A DNA stretch of 63,891 nucleotides, filler included, from Platydemus manokwari (lineage: Eukaryota), in the NCBI GenBank assembly GCA_037951405.1. It is 6 parts of 6 records of this genome, joined end to end, with 100 filler letters (N's around TTAATTAATTAA, not from the genome) between each part and the next. Parts side by side here need not be neighbours in the genome. Positions count along the whole stretch, not along the records: positions 10,532 to 19,589 come from JBBMOY011306095.1; positions 19,690 to 34,858 come from JBBMOY011333650.1; 4 more parts are not named here. One strand, given 5' to 3'. The position numbers and the translations under genes were made by a program. This document shows positions 14,261 through 26,668 of this stretch, in pieces. Under the pieces are notes generated by a model, which did no database searches, was not told where the DNA came from, and worked only from the letters and a program-made list of their open reading frames with translations. Position 1 is the stretch's first letter, and every line of letters begins with the position of its first letter.

Positions 14261-16739
14261 TATCAGAAATCCCTCCAGCATTTACATTTGTGTGCTTTTA
14301 TTTCTGGGTCTGATTTCAAAATTCTTCGTAGTAGTTTTTAAGTAATTTCTAACACATTACACACAGAAAAGAAATTTCAAACGAATATGAGAATTCATTT
14401 CAAATAAAGGAATTCAAGAAGTAACAAGCACTAAATGTTGCTAACAACTCTTTACAAATCTACCTCTAGGTCGCGATATTTATGATACGTTTTGGGGTCA
14501 CTCACTTTTTATGATTTATTATTCTTTTGATTGATCGATTCTACGTCTTATCAGTACTCAGAGTCCGTCTTGACCCTCATGTAGTATTATGACCTTATGA
14601 GTTTTGTTATTTACTCGCCTCGACGATCACTTCTTATATGACGATAAGTGGATCGGCGTTGTAATCGATATTTGGTTTTTAACTTTATCTTTCTGATTTT
14701 GATACTACTTTTCTCACTCGGTCCTCACTCGTTTTTTATCAGTCTCTATTTTATTTACTTAACCAAAATTATTCCCCAATAGGTGATGAATGACAATGAT
14801 AATCATTACTATGAATTTATGTTACCTTATATCAAATAACAATTTAACAAAATCAACTCGGTTTATAGTTATGAAATTTTATTGTGATTAAAATTATACA
14901 ATTATGGGGCTATAAATTACTACTTTTACCGTACTATTATACAATGAATACAATGATTTTATGCAGCCACTTTTATACACATAAACGACGGGATTTTTCA
15001 TACAATTCAGGGAAGCAGATGTTGGGCAAAACAGTTACCCTTCGTGCTATTGGTTCAGTGTCCGTTTCTTCAGAGGTTATTCCGAGCTCGGCTCGATAAA
15101 TAGAAAGAATATGCGTTATAAATAATTGAATATGTGATTTTAAATTTTTTCTCTTACTGTTTGTTCTTCCAGTAGAAAATATTGGGCATATCCCAATTTT
15201 CAGTCCCGGCAATGAATCGTTGATGTTATGTTCGGGTTCTCTTAAAAATTTGCCTATCGCGTTCTGGTGTTCTCGTATCGTATATCGTGTCCTTATATTA
15301 TCCCCTTAGATTGTGCTCTTATATTGCGCCCTTATTGTCCACTTCAATGATAACAGTTACTGCCTTATATAGGCAACAGTGAGTCATTCACAGATATTGT
15401 CTGTGAATTTAATTTAATGCCGTGCATATATGTTTAATCCACTATGATTTATCGTGGCAGAGAGAAATTCTCTGAAATTAATTCCACTAAGGCAGAGAGA
15501 ATTTCTCTGCGAATATTAATGCACGGTAATTTATTTTATTTAATGCACTGATATTATTTTATTTCAGCTGGTTATTTTATTCGCAGTGCGCGATAATTTA
15601 TTGCGCTGGATTATTTCATGGATAAATTCACTGTGTGTATTGTTTTAATCAGTCAATTTATTATAAGGTAATTTTAATGTATTTAATTTTATTTTATCAT
15701 TGCCGGGTTTTTTATTATTTATAGGGATTATAAATTGAGGTTTAAATTATGTATTATATTATATTATATATAATTATATATTAATATATAATATTCCCGT
15801 CAATTACAAAATTCCCCTGAATTTTCATAAAAAAATTAATGTTAAAAATTGTCATAGGCCCCAAAACACAACAAAAAAATATATAAGGAAGAGATAAAAA
15901 GCGGATATAAAAGAAGATATCAAAGAATATATAAGACAAAATATAAAGGAGATATAAAAAGATATAATGGAGGTGAAAAAGAAGTTATTAAAAGATAGAA
16001 GAATTAGAGTTTTTGTGTAGTGAAATATGAAAATTATTCAATGCAGAGACAATTAACAAAACCAAAGGTTTTAAAGAAAGGGGCATGTGAGGTATTTTAT
16101 ATGAATTAAATTTCTATTTAATAAAAAACAATTTCAATTCGCATTTCATTCAGATTTGATTCTAATTTTATAACATATTATATTAATATAAAGTTAGAAT
16201 TATTTGTTTAAATATTTGTGTTAAAATAGATTTATTGTGTATTGATTTTTTAGTTCGATTTTAATGTGTTGTTTTTCAAATAGCAGCGGCTAACAGTAAC
16301 TATTGAGCCCTTTTGAATATTTAACAACAACTTCTAAGCTTAAGACGAAATATTAATTTATGTAAAACAATACGCAAGATATATCAGCTGAAAAAATTAA
16401 TCGACACAAAAATCCATAGGAATGCTGAATTCCGAGTCACTGATATTAAATTGTAACTTTTATTTCGTTATCCTCTCCAATATTTTTATTGATCAAGATC
16501 CATATTGAATGTGACGCCAGTTTATTAGTCTCGAAAATTCAAAGGACGCCTGAAAAAAACTTCAATATTTTATGATAGATGTATCGATCTAAACCTTTTA
16601 AATCAATAGCAGAAATGTGAAAAAACAAAATCTTCTGTTTATCTAATATTTTTCAATCATCGATTTTTCCAGAATAACTGGTATTTTCCACCTCAAAAAT
16701 GAAATTGATTTTCACACTCATTAGACCTGGGATTTTTAT

Positions 16740-17450
16740 AATGGAAGTACGATCATTTATCAATGTTAATTATAGCCAGGAAAAGTCAAAGAATCTTGAC
16801 AAAATAAAATCATTAAAAATCCTGTCAAAACGACAGAATTGTCTGTTGCGATCTAATTAAATCAAATATTGATTAGTCTTGCCATTGCTCCACAAATGAT
16901 TCAATATAAACTTTTATTAATAAAAAATATCGAAAGTGATGAACATGCATACCGAGAGTCTCGAAACAATGAATTTAGATCTAGGATCACCGTTATCTTA
17001 ATCAGTCAAAGTGAGTTTCTGGTTAAGGCTCCACGTGCAATTTTACCTTGTAAGAGTTAATTTTTTACTTCGCACTTCACTATCGTATGGTGGAGATAAG
17101 AATGACAACAGTGTCCTCCTATAAATTGATATCAGTCTCATTGTCAAAACTCAATCTTAATGCCTCGTGCTACAAAAACCTATACAAAGTTGTTATCTAA
17201 AATCTTAGCTTTTTCTTTATCGATAGAAAATTCCAAGTTTATTATAAGCAAATTACCATTTCAACATTCGGGTAACATGGTTGCGAAATTATTTTAAAAT
17301 ACAATGTACACCAAATCCTATAACGAGAACTTTATCATCTTCTTAGATCAAGTGACAGTTAATAGACCCCACACTCTTGGAGTAAAACCAGTTACCTCAG
17401 AAATTTGAAACAAAGCTCGATTGTACGAGATAAACGATGATTATAACATA
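16740..17450 (-). mobile_element. Degenerate AP-endonuclease of an APE-type LINE
   Basis: Ordered motifs LVLLQEC, LISIYRG, ARGALT (GDfN-like), WSNGKT/SIFDLI and NDRTSII (SDH-like), separated by stops and frameshifts. Confidence 0.4.
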
Positions 17451-17991
17451 GATTTTATTTATATGTCAAGGTCTTCGAGGGCGTTTATCTCTTTGATTCA
17501 TTGTTTATTATGAGAATTTTTTAAAATTTCCCCTGTATTGTCAGACTGTCATTATCCATGACTTTATTATTAAATAAATATTATTATTATTAGTTTTATA
17601 AATTTATTTAAAATTCAATCTCAAACATATCTGAGGTTTCAATTCCCGATTCTAATTATTATTATAAAAATGTCTATTATGATTTATTATTAATTTCAAG
17701 TTTATAATCGATAATTATGTCGGATTGTGTATTAAACTATTAATTTTTCTCGTCAATAATTAAATCAAAATTTATAAAATTGATACATTAAGGAATAGTT
17801 ATGAGAAACAAAATTTCTACTTGACGCAAGTGAACAAAAATAATGTTACAATATTGTCACTAGAATTAAGGAAATTAGTTTATTGATAGAAATAAATTAC
17901 TGTTACAATTAATCAGTCGATATTTAATGTTTCATAGAGCTACTATAAAATTTAACCCGTAATGGTTATTAAAACCCCAACATGTCTAATC

Positions 17992-18190
17992 CAATGGTTT
18001 GCAACCTTTTTGGTGAAGAGGAACCCTACGGAAACATTCCTTTGGCACGAGGGACCCAGGTGCAATAATGTAGTGAGTTTAATCATGTTAAATTTAGTCC
18101 ATTTAAACAATAACTAATAATAAAATAATACAAATAATAATGAAATAATAATAATAAAATAGATTTTCGAAATTGAATTGCCGAACCCTT
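17992..18190. mobile_element. Terminal fragment of a hAT non-autonomous element
   Basis: Begins CAATGGTTTGCAACCTTTTT (like the CAGTGGTTcCCAACCTTTT hAT TIR) with repeated GAACCC subterminal motifs. The other end was not found. Confidence 0.5.
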
Positions 18191-18639
18191 AAACTCACAA
18201 TATAAGACTAAATCGGGTCACAATACTGATTTTCCAAAATCGAATATGCTTTCAATTGTAACTCTAGTTACTTCAGTAATTTGGTATGGATCTCACCTAT
18301 GTTAGGTTTGTCACTAAATACTGTGCAATACCAATAATCAATGATTTACTATAACTTCACAGTGATACTGATACACAAAGACTTGGATAAAAACAAATTC
18401 CTTTATCACCCTCACAAAATGCATTGTTTTGTCTGTCGTTATTTACCATTTATCAATACTTCTTTCTCGTGTGTCGCTCATATATAAATTGAGACATTTT
18501 CATTGGATCAAATTGTATTTCAGACAACCTCTATCAGAAATATTCTAAAAATATCTATTAATATCAAAATACAATTAGTTTTGTTTACGAAAAATTCATC
18601 TAAGTATATCAAATTGCAAAGGTATCTTTTACTGCTTCT

Positions 18640-19100
18640 TACCAATTACGGTAACGATTTCTTCTGTTTTACAAAAAACAAGGAAATAATTGTAACAGTT
18701 ATTTGTATGAGTTAGTTGAAGATCAATGAGAAATGATAAATCAAAAATACCTGTTCAGGAACTCAGTAACCTTCATTAATATTATGAAGGATCATTAGTG
18801 ATTATTTTCATTTTATGCTTGATGATGATTTAGTGTCTCGTATTCTTCCATTCTGTGGATAAAAATAGAGTTTAATTAGACAAATAATAAAATTATATTT
18901 GCCTTCTACTCATTTTTGGATCTGATATGGGTAATCCTATTTCGGTCACCCTAAAGCCTCCTCAGTATTTCAACACAGTGACATATGAGACTGATGAGAT
19001 TTTAATTGTAATCTTTTGCTTATACTGTTGCTGAAAGCACATTAGTCAGGGAAAATTAATCTTTTAGATTCTCCCAACATGCTTGACGCTGGTCATTTAA
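18640..19100 (+). mobile_element. Possible Penelope-like RT trace
   Basis: MGNPISVTL (~18927-18953) resembles the Penelope MGsplSp.lA motif, and INLLD (~19055) resembles i.FLD. Little else is recognisable. Confidence 0.3.
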
Positions 19101-19589
19101 TTATTAATCGAAATAATGTGCATCGTTTGTAATAAATATAATTTTTCTCGATTGATTTTATTTGTTTTCGTTCTGGTGCAAGATATTTGTTGTGATTTTT
19201 GATTAATTTAGAATTCGTAATTAAATTAGCAATTCATTTATTATTCTCTGATCACATACTGCTGTAAATATAAATAAATCTCAACTTTTCCTTGAAATAA
19301 TTTCCCCAGTTCACATAATAAATTTTTAAAAGCTTATATTTCTCTTATATCTCCTTTATTTCTCAAAAAATCATTGTTTAATTATCAAGCTGATTTATAA
19401 TTAATGAGTGCACCGTGACGAGAATTGGTCAATACACAGGTATGTCTAGTTAGCATAAATTTTCTAGTTTTGATTTCAGCTCTTTAATTGTGTTCTAATG
19501 TGTTTTATATTATTTTATTAGGTGTATAACCTTAAAATTTCGGTTTTTTTTGAAAAATATTTATTTATTTAAAGTACATTTTGCATAGT

Positions 19590-19689
19590 NNNNNNNNNNN
19601 NNNNNNNNNNNNNNNNNNNNNNNNNNNNNNNNNTTAATTAATTAANNNNNNNNNNNNNNNNNNNNNNNNNNNNNNNNNNNNNNNNNNNN
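19590..19689. other. Artificial contig spacer
   Basis: 44N-TTAATTAATTAA-44N. Confidence 0.97.
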
Positions 19690-21279
19690 ATTGTGAGGTT
19701 TAATTAAAATAATTAAAAATAACAACTTTTAAATTACAATTTAAAAGAATTTAATAAATTATAAAATTTAATATCTTCATATAAAATGTTTTAAAATTTT
19801 ATAATTAAAATTTAATTTATACTTGATTTTTAAAAATAAATATTTATATATATAATCCTGATCGAGATTAACAATAAAAGAAAAAGCTCTCCAAAATTTG
19901 TTTGAAAAATGTTTTATTTGTTTATTAAATAAATTTGAGAAAATCCTAACCATGAGTTCTTTTGATGAAACGTCAGTAACAAGTGAAATAGCGGCTATTA
20001 ACAACACATAAACTTCAAGTATAAATACTCAGGCAGAGATAGCTTAATGCCAGTTGTGAGTCGATTTGAAACTAATTTTTGTTGTAGTTACTTGTTTATA
20101 AATGTTAGATGCTGAGTAGGGCAACGTTTATTGAGAATATTTATTTTTGTAACCTTCATCCTTTTTAATAACCCGATTTTGATTTATTTTACACCTCAAT
20201 TTGGAAAAATTTATTATAATAGATGTTAAAAGTATCATTCGTCAAGGTCTTCTTTAAAAATAGAAGTGGTTAACGATGGCCATCATTAACACTTCAGTTT
20301 TGTTTATACTCGGTCTTATACTATTTGAGTGTCATATTATTTAGTATCACATTTGCTAATGTAGTGAAAAAGATACCATAAACTAATTAGGCAATTTTCA
20401 ATACATTCACCGTTCTCATAGTACTCATTACAGGTTGAACGCGAGGTGAAACAACAAAATTGTAAATCACTACTATTTTATAAAACAGGCATTGAAAGCA
20501 AAGTGAAAAGTCAAGACACAAAATTATGTTTAACTACAATTATTTGAATAAATTAATATATAAAATAAGATTATAAAATCTTTTAAATTCATTTTTCAAA
20601 AGTCATCACTATCATTTAAAATCAATCAATTAAAATAATATTGGTAGTCAAATTATTAGTCATCGCGCTAAATAGCTTCTAGCTGTCTGTAAAATAATCG
20701 TGCAGAATAAATTTCATTACACGTTTTTTTTCGCCACAATATTTTAATTCTGAGTTTTGAATTTCTTGATAAATTGGTCTCCGAACTGGTACATAAACGG
20801 ATATGTACTTTCTAGATTTCATTTAATCCTATCTGTTTTTGGTCAGAGGCACCGATGAGACTTATGAAAAGTTCAAATAAGACACTATCTGTATCATAAG
20901 CTATTATCAATATCATTGCAGCTATCCGTGAAGGTTCCGAGAGATCAACAAGTCCTACATATCTATAATCTTTCTATAATTTGTTTATCCACTTAAATTT
21001 TAATACTTGGATTACATAATATCTGTATTTAATTACGTAATTCATTAAAACAAAATGTAAAGAACGATACAGCGTAGAAATAAAAAAAGAATTTAATAAA
21101 AATAACAAATAATAATTAATTGATAGTTCAAAAATAAAATGCTACAGAATCAACCAAATAAAAATCTCGCTTTTCAAGTGGTCAAAAGACCAACACAAAT
21201 AAACGGTTGAAGAACCACCTCAGTCGGAAATTCACTGTCGATTAATCACTGATCGTTAATGTCATTAGCTGCATATTTA

Positions 21280-21690
21280 AAATTGAATATTTTCGAAAAA
21301 TCTTATAGATTTATTAGCCAAAGTCAGTTGAAAGGAGATTTAATCATTTTATTCTAAATCTCATATTTACTTTCCAATAATGTCACTCTACCACCCCGGT
21401 GTTCTTCAAAAGGTAAGTTGCGAGAAATTTCATTTTCGACACTGAGTTATATTAAGAGAAAATATCGATCGAATTTTAAAGATCTGGAATTAGTGCTGAG
21501 ACCAACCATCACCGAAATAGAGCCAATATTTGATGCTTTATGCCAGAATATGAAAAATCTTTGTTATTATTAAATATATTTTAATTTTTTGGTGCTAAAT
21601 TTTTTTACTTTATTATTTTTATTTTAGTCACCAGGGATCGCGAAAAAATTTGGACTTGAAGAGTGGGTCACACCATCCTTTGCAAAAACC
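21280..21690 (+). mobile_element. Internally deleted hAT (Buster/Charlie-like) transposase remnant
   Basis: RCSSKGKL (~21397-21420, RWLSKGK-like) and LRPTITEIEPIFDALCQ (~21496-21546, C-terminal motif), followed by a GGGATCGCG...GGGTCAC subterminal-like sequence. Confidence 0.3.
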
Positions 21691-23114
21691 ATATATCTTA
21701 CAGCCACAAGTTAATCTAAAGATATTTCAACCTTTCAAGAACCACTTCCACACATTTTCATTCGAATTGTTGTGATATGATTTGATCATATATAATAAAT
21801 CTCAAAATTATTATAATATCGATTCGCTTGTAATTTTGAACACCGACCACATTCACCAATGATTAAATAATATTTTCAATCAAGACATCATTTTAGATAA
21901 ATAGCAAAACTCTCATAATATTTCCAACCTGATCATATTCACAGGATCGGATATAATGATTATAATAATATCATTATATCTACATAATCATTGGCGATAA
22001 ATTCCTATATTTTACAAAGGTAGCTGTTGTGCTTTTAAGTTTAAAATTATCAAAAAATTAAAAATGATACAATCTATTTATTCTAAACATGTCTAAATGG
22101 TATCCATAAGATCATTGCTTTGATTCCGGATAGATCTGTAAAATCAATAAATAATTACTACAAGACATCTGAGATTTACTGTTCAAGTGATAAATGTTCT
22201 TTCATCTTCAATCGCAAATTTTCTTCGATTGTTGTATTTGTTTGAACTTTAATATAATGGATCAAGCCACCTAATAGAAAAGCCGGCAGACCAAGAAGCA
22301 ATCCTCCTGTTACCATAGCAACCGGGCCACGAAAAAAACAATACATCGAACCCATAATGCCTGATATAAAGGTTATTTATTCACACAAATACACTGTCGA
22401 ATAAATGGTTCAGATTTTTTCAACACTCCAGCGATACAAACTCGGTTATTTGTAAAATTATTTAAAATATAATATTGTGTTATACTCTTCATTTCGTCAA
22501 ATAATGAAAATTATCGGAAAAAATTTGTTCGCCATCAAATGATATCCAATTCAAATAGGAATAATCAAATATGAGAATTGTTAAATTTGTTGTTATGGAC
22601 CTATGATGAGTAGTTTGCATTATTAAATTAACCCAAAATTTTTAAAAGAAAAGATTTTGTTTTTGGAATGAGACATTCTTTTTAAGATATAAACGGGCAA
22701 AAAATTTCTCAACTATTTGTATAAAAATCTTTTCGAGATATAAATAAAGAGATATATAGCAAATAATATATGGGTTTGTTGAATATCGAACAGGTACTAT
22801 TTTAATAAAAATTGCATATAATTGCAACTAACGAGAATCTTTAATGCGAACTCTAACAGATGTAGCAAATACACAATCGATTTATTTTCATTATTAGTAT
22901 GTGAATTGCTCTTAGGATTGATATTTATTGTTTCTCATTTGATTTTTGGTGATACCTATGGAATTTTCGATTGGATTATTATTATCCAATGAAATTCAAA
23001 ATGCAATCATAAATCAATAACGTTCGCTGACTAGTGTATATTATCAAAAAATCACTTCAAATAAACCGGTTGAAGAAGAGATAAGCCGAAACATTAATTA
23101 ATATCAAATAGAAT

Positions 23115-23684
23115 GTCTTAAGTTAAGAAAATGGGTCCTTTGACTTACTTTCGTTATAATGAATTTTCGCGCATTAGATAATTTTATAACTTAATTTTAT
23201 ATAGAACTGTCATGTTTGATTTATTCGTATAATTCAGTTAATATCTCACTATTTTAGGATGTCTAATACGGACTAAACATAATTTTAAAACCAAATTCCC
23301 ATTATAATCACAACACTTCTATATGATTATTTGAGTTTTTAAATTTGAATTTTTATAATTATAAATCGAGTTAGTTAATTACAGATGTTTAATAATATGA
23401 TTACTTACTTTTATAAAATAGTTGTAAAAAAGGGATCCTCGCTAATTTTCAATAAATTGCAATTCGACCTACTTTTTTCATTTTTGCAAATATTCAAATT
23501 TTAGGAGATTTTGAAGCTCTAGTGTATTTAATGTTTAATTTCAAACAATTAAAATTCTTTTTAAGTTCCTAAATATAAAATTAAAAATGTTTTTAAAGAA
23601 TATAATTAAATAAACTATATAGGTTTTTGCAATACACTCAACCAATTTAAAATTTAATTTTAGGACCCTCTTATAACTTTAGCC
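23115..23684 (+). mobile_element. ~570-bp MITE, copy 1 (GG-terminated TIR family, possibly Merlin-like)
   Basis: Ends GTCTTAAGTTAAGAAAATGGGTCC ... GGACCCTCTTATAACTTTAGCC are imperfect inverted repeats. The body aligns by eye with the reverse complement of 26079-26668 and directly with 60560-61154. Confidence 0.75.
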
Positions 23685-24250
23685 GCCACTTGTAATGCCA
23701 AATTAATAAATCATTATTTTCTTAAGCTTATTTAAGACAATTACATATTTATATTAAAAAGAATAAAATATATATATATATATATACTTTATTTCTGCCT
23801 TTATTTCAAATCAACGAATATTGCGATCCACGTGTATATTAATGGTTCGGATAAAATTAATTTCGGTTATTGATCAGATGAATTCATTTACAATTATTTC
23901 ATTCGCGCGCGCTTTCAAATTTTAAAATTACTAAAAGTATCTGTTATTCTCTCAACACCAACCGTAATTATTCTAATTATTTGTTAAATTCAAGAAATAT
24001 CAGATATACAATTTATTCATCTACAAACAAATATCGTCACAGATGAAATGTAAGCATTTATGCACAGATAAATGTTTTACTAATACGATTTAAATAAAAG
24101 TACGTCATCCGGTATATTTGACAATCATTGCGGACACTGATCACTATACTTACTTGACATTAATAATAACGAGTAACTTGTGAATCAAATATTTCAAAGT
24201 AAAGCAATCGCATTGAATAATTAATAGAATAAACAATTATCGATACCATT

Positions 24251-25624
24251 TTATTTATTCTCACAGCTTAATGATTCTTTCAACAACTGGTTCTTCTGTT
24301 CATCTAGTGACAAATTAATTTCGATGTTTTTTTCTTTATTGCGATGGCTAAAACATTTCTTTCTTATTGTTCTTATTATTAATAATATATAAAGTGGTAT
24401 TGGAGTAAAAGGTGCCACAATCAAGGGCATAAGAGATCCCAAATCTCCATCTGGTTGAGGCATGGAATACATCAAAATCAAAATCGCTATTCCAATATTT
24501 TGAAATCCAGTTTCAAGAACTATTGCAACTGTTTGAGCTCTATTTCGTCGTGTTATCAATGAGAAAACCAATCCAAATATAAAACCCAACCATGGTAGCA
24601 TGGCTGCTATTGGAATAAGAATTGCATAATCAAGGAGAAGTAAATAAATACTAAAATTTGCATAAGTTCCAAAGGTTAATATAAAAATAATGAAAAGCAA
24701 TGCCATAAATTTTACTTTTTTCATTAACTTAATCGCATAGGTTTCACACTTCCAGCGAAATACGATTCCCATTGAGGCCGGTACTACTAATTGCAACAAA
24801 TTAAGTGCAATACTACTGTACGGAATTACTACATCATCTGGATCAATGAAAAGTCTTCCTAACACAAACAACCAGAATGGCATCATACCAAGAGCGGCGC
24901 ACGTACTGACAAAGGTCATTGTCATACTCAAGTTTAGATCACCTTCAAATAATATAGTCCAAACATTACTTGCCCCACCTCCCGGTGAACAACCAATCAC
25001 TAATAAACCCAATCCAAATGCACTTTCTATTTTCGTAAATTTCGCCAAACCAGCAGCAATTAAAGGCATGAAAATAAATTGAGAACAGAATCCAATAAAT
25101 GGTGAAATTGGTTTTTTGATATAACCCCAAATTATTTTCATATCAAGTCCACAACCCATGACAAATGTTAAAATCAAAACAAATATAGTCACAGTAATTC
25201 TAAATATTAACTCAGCAATGCTTTTACGACGCTTGACAATCAATTCAGCAATTTCTTCAGAATAGATTGTTTTTGAGTTATTTATTGTTGCCACTGCACA
25301 TGTTAAATGGGAGCCACCTAATCTTAATCCTTTTACAGTTATGTCATATTCGAGTTTTGAAGAACTATTGGAATCAGTCGAAGTGACAGTATCGTTCAAA
25401 TTTAAGATAACACCAACTCGTGTATGATTCATACGACAAGTGACACTGGTTTCCTCATTTTTCAATGAACGGTTATTAATCGCAATCATAAATGATCCAT
25501 TTACTTTGATGGTATCACCTTCATAAGTATAGACTTTCTTGATATTAAATTTAGAGTCTGAATTTTGAGCATTCAAATAACATGCGATAGTTAATACCAA
25601 AATCCAATTCTTTAATAAATCCAT
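24251..25624 (-). CDS. SLC10-family sodium:bile acid/solute symporter (SLC10A3/A5-like architecture), single exon, 457 aa
   Basis: Uninterrupted ORF. The first ATG at 25624 (the ORF track starts at GTG 25645) gives a signal peptide MDLLKNWILVLTIACYLNA, then a ~110-aa extracellular region with several NxS/T sites, then the SBF motifs MGCGLD, QFIFMPL, CSPGGGASN, GDLNLSMTMTFVST and ETGFQN. Confidence 0.95.
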   Translation of the reverse strand: MDLLKNWILVLTIACYLNAQNSDSKFNIKKVYTYEGDTIKVNGSFMIAINNRSLKNEETSVTCRMNHTRVGVILNLNDTVTSTDSNSSSKLEYDITVKGLRLGGSHLTCAVATINNSKTIYSEEIAELIVKRRKSIAELIFRITVTIFVLILTFVMGCGLDMKIIWGYIKKPISPFIGFCSQFIFMPLIAAGLAKFTKIESAFGLGLLVIGCSPGGGASNVWTILFEGDLNLSMTMTFVSTCAALGMMPFWLFVLGRLFIDPDDVVIPYSSIALNLLQLVVPASMGIVFRWKCETYAIKLMKKVKFMALLFIIFILTFGTYANFSIYLLLLDYAILIPIAAMLPWLGFIFGLVFSLITRRNRAQTVAIVLETGFQNIGIAILILMYSMPQPDGDLGSLMPLIVAPFTPIPLYILLIIRTIRKKCFSHRNKEKNIEINLSLDEQKNQLLKESLSCENK

Positions 25625-26078
25625 ATTTAATGAATCCTGATTCACAAGTTAATAAATGTACTCGCAATGGCACACAGTCTGTTATTGTGCACATTATTAC
25701 AAGATGATAAATCATCTAGAACACTGTGAATCAACCAAAATGGATGTGTTGTTCGACATTGGAAAGTCATATTTTTAGTTTCAATTTAATCATTTAGAAT
25801 AACTGAACTTTAATACATGCTTTAAATATCAATAAACGGTCATCTTAATATTTTATTATTTCAAATTTGATTTTCTATTTAATATGAAATTATATGTTAA
25901 ATACATTTTATTAAGAAATATCTTTTGTGTTTTCCTATTCTGTAACAAATTGTGTTTATTTTGATCAAATTTTACAATTCATATATCTTAAATTTGAAAT
26001 GATATTTTTAATTTTACGTATTTTAAATTTTATAAATTTCGATTTCATTTACGACGATTTGTTAAAACAAATTTGCTT

Positions 26079-26668
26079 GGCTAAAGTTAAAAAAATAAGG
26101 GTCCCAAAATTAAATTTTAATTTTTTTGAGCGTATTGCAAAATCCTACAAAGCTTACTTAATTATATTCTTTAAAAGCATTTTGGATTTTTTATTTAAAT
26201 ACTTAAGAAGAGCTTTATTGGTTTGAATTCAAATATTAAATACAGCTTCAAAATCTCCTAAAATTTGATTATTTGAAAAACGGTTCAAAGAAGGTCGATT
26301 TGCAATTTATTGAAAATTAGTGAGGACCATTTTTTTTTAATTAGAAGCAAACTGAGTGATATTCTCAATTTTTATAATTACTTTTATAAAAATAAGCAAG
26401 GATATTTCTAACCATATCTGTAGTCACCTAACTTGAAAATTTTTAAAATTTAATATAGGAGTGTTGTAATTAGTAATTAGAATAGTAACCTGGTTTTAAA
26501 ACTATGTTTTGTCCATATTAGGCATCCTAAAAAGTGAAATCTTTACTGAATTTTATGAATGAATAAAAGATAGCAATTGTATATAGAATTAAGTTGTAAA
26601 ATTATTTAATTTGCGAAAATTTAATATTATGAAAGTAGGTTAAAATAACCTTTTTCTTAACACAAGCT
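26079..26668 (-). mobile_element. ~590-bp MITE, copy 2 (inverted relative to copy 1)
   Basis: Starts GGCTAAAGTTAAAAAAATAAGGGTCC and ends CCTTTTTCTTAACACAAGCT. Reverse-complement similarity to 23115-23684 over its full length. Confidence 0.75.

Noticed and set aside
24846-25082. 78-aa plus-strand ORF
   Set aside because: Antisense shadow of the SLC10 CDS.
25927-26226. 99-aa ORF upstream of SLC10
   Set aside because: Runs into MITE copy 2, and its F/I/L/K-biased composition is typical of random AT-rich ORFs.
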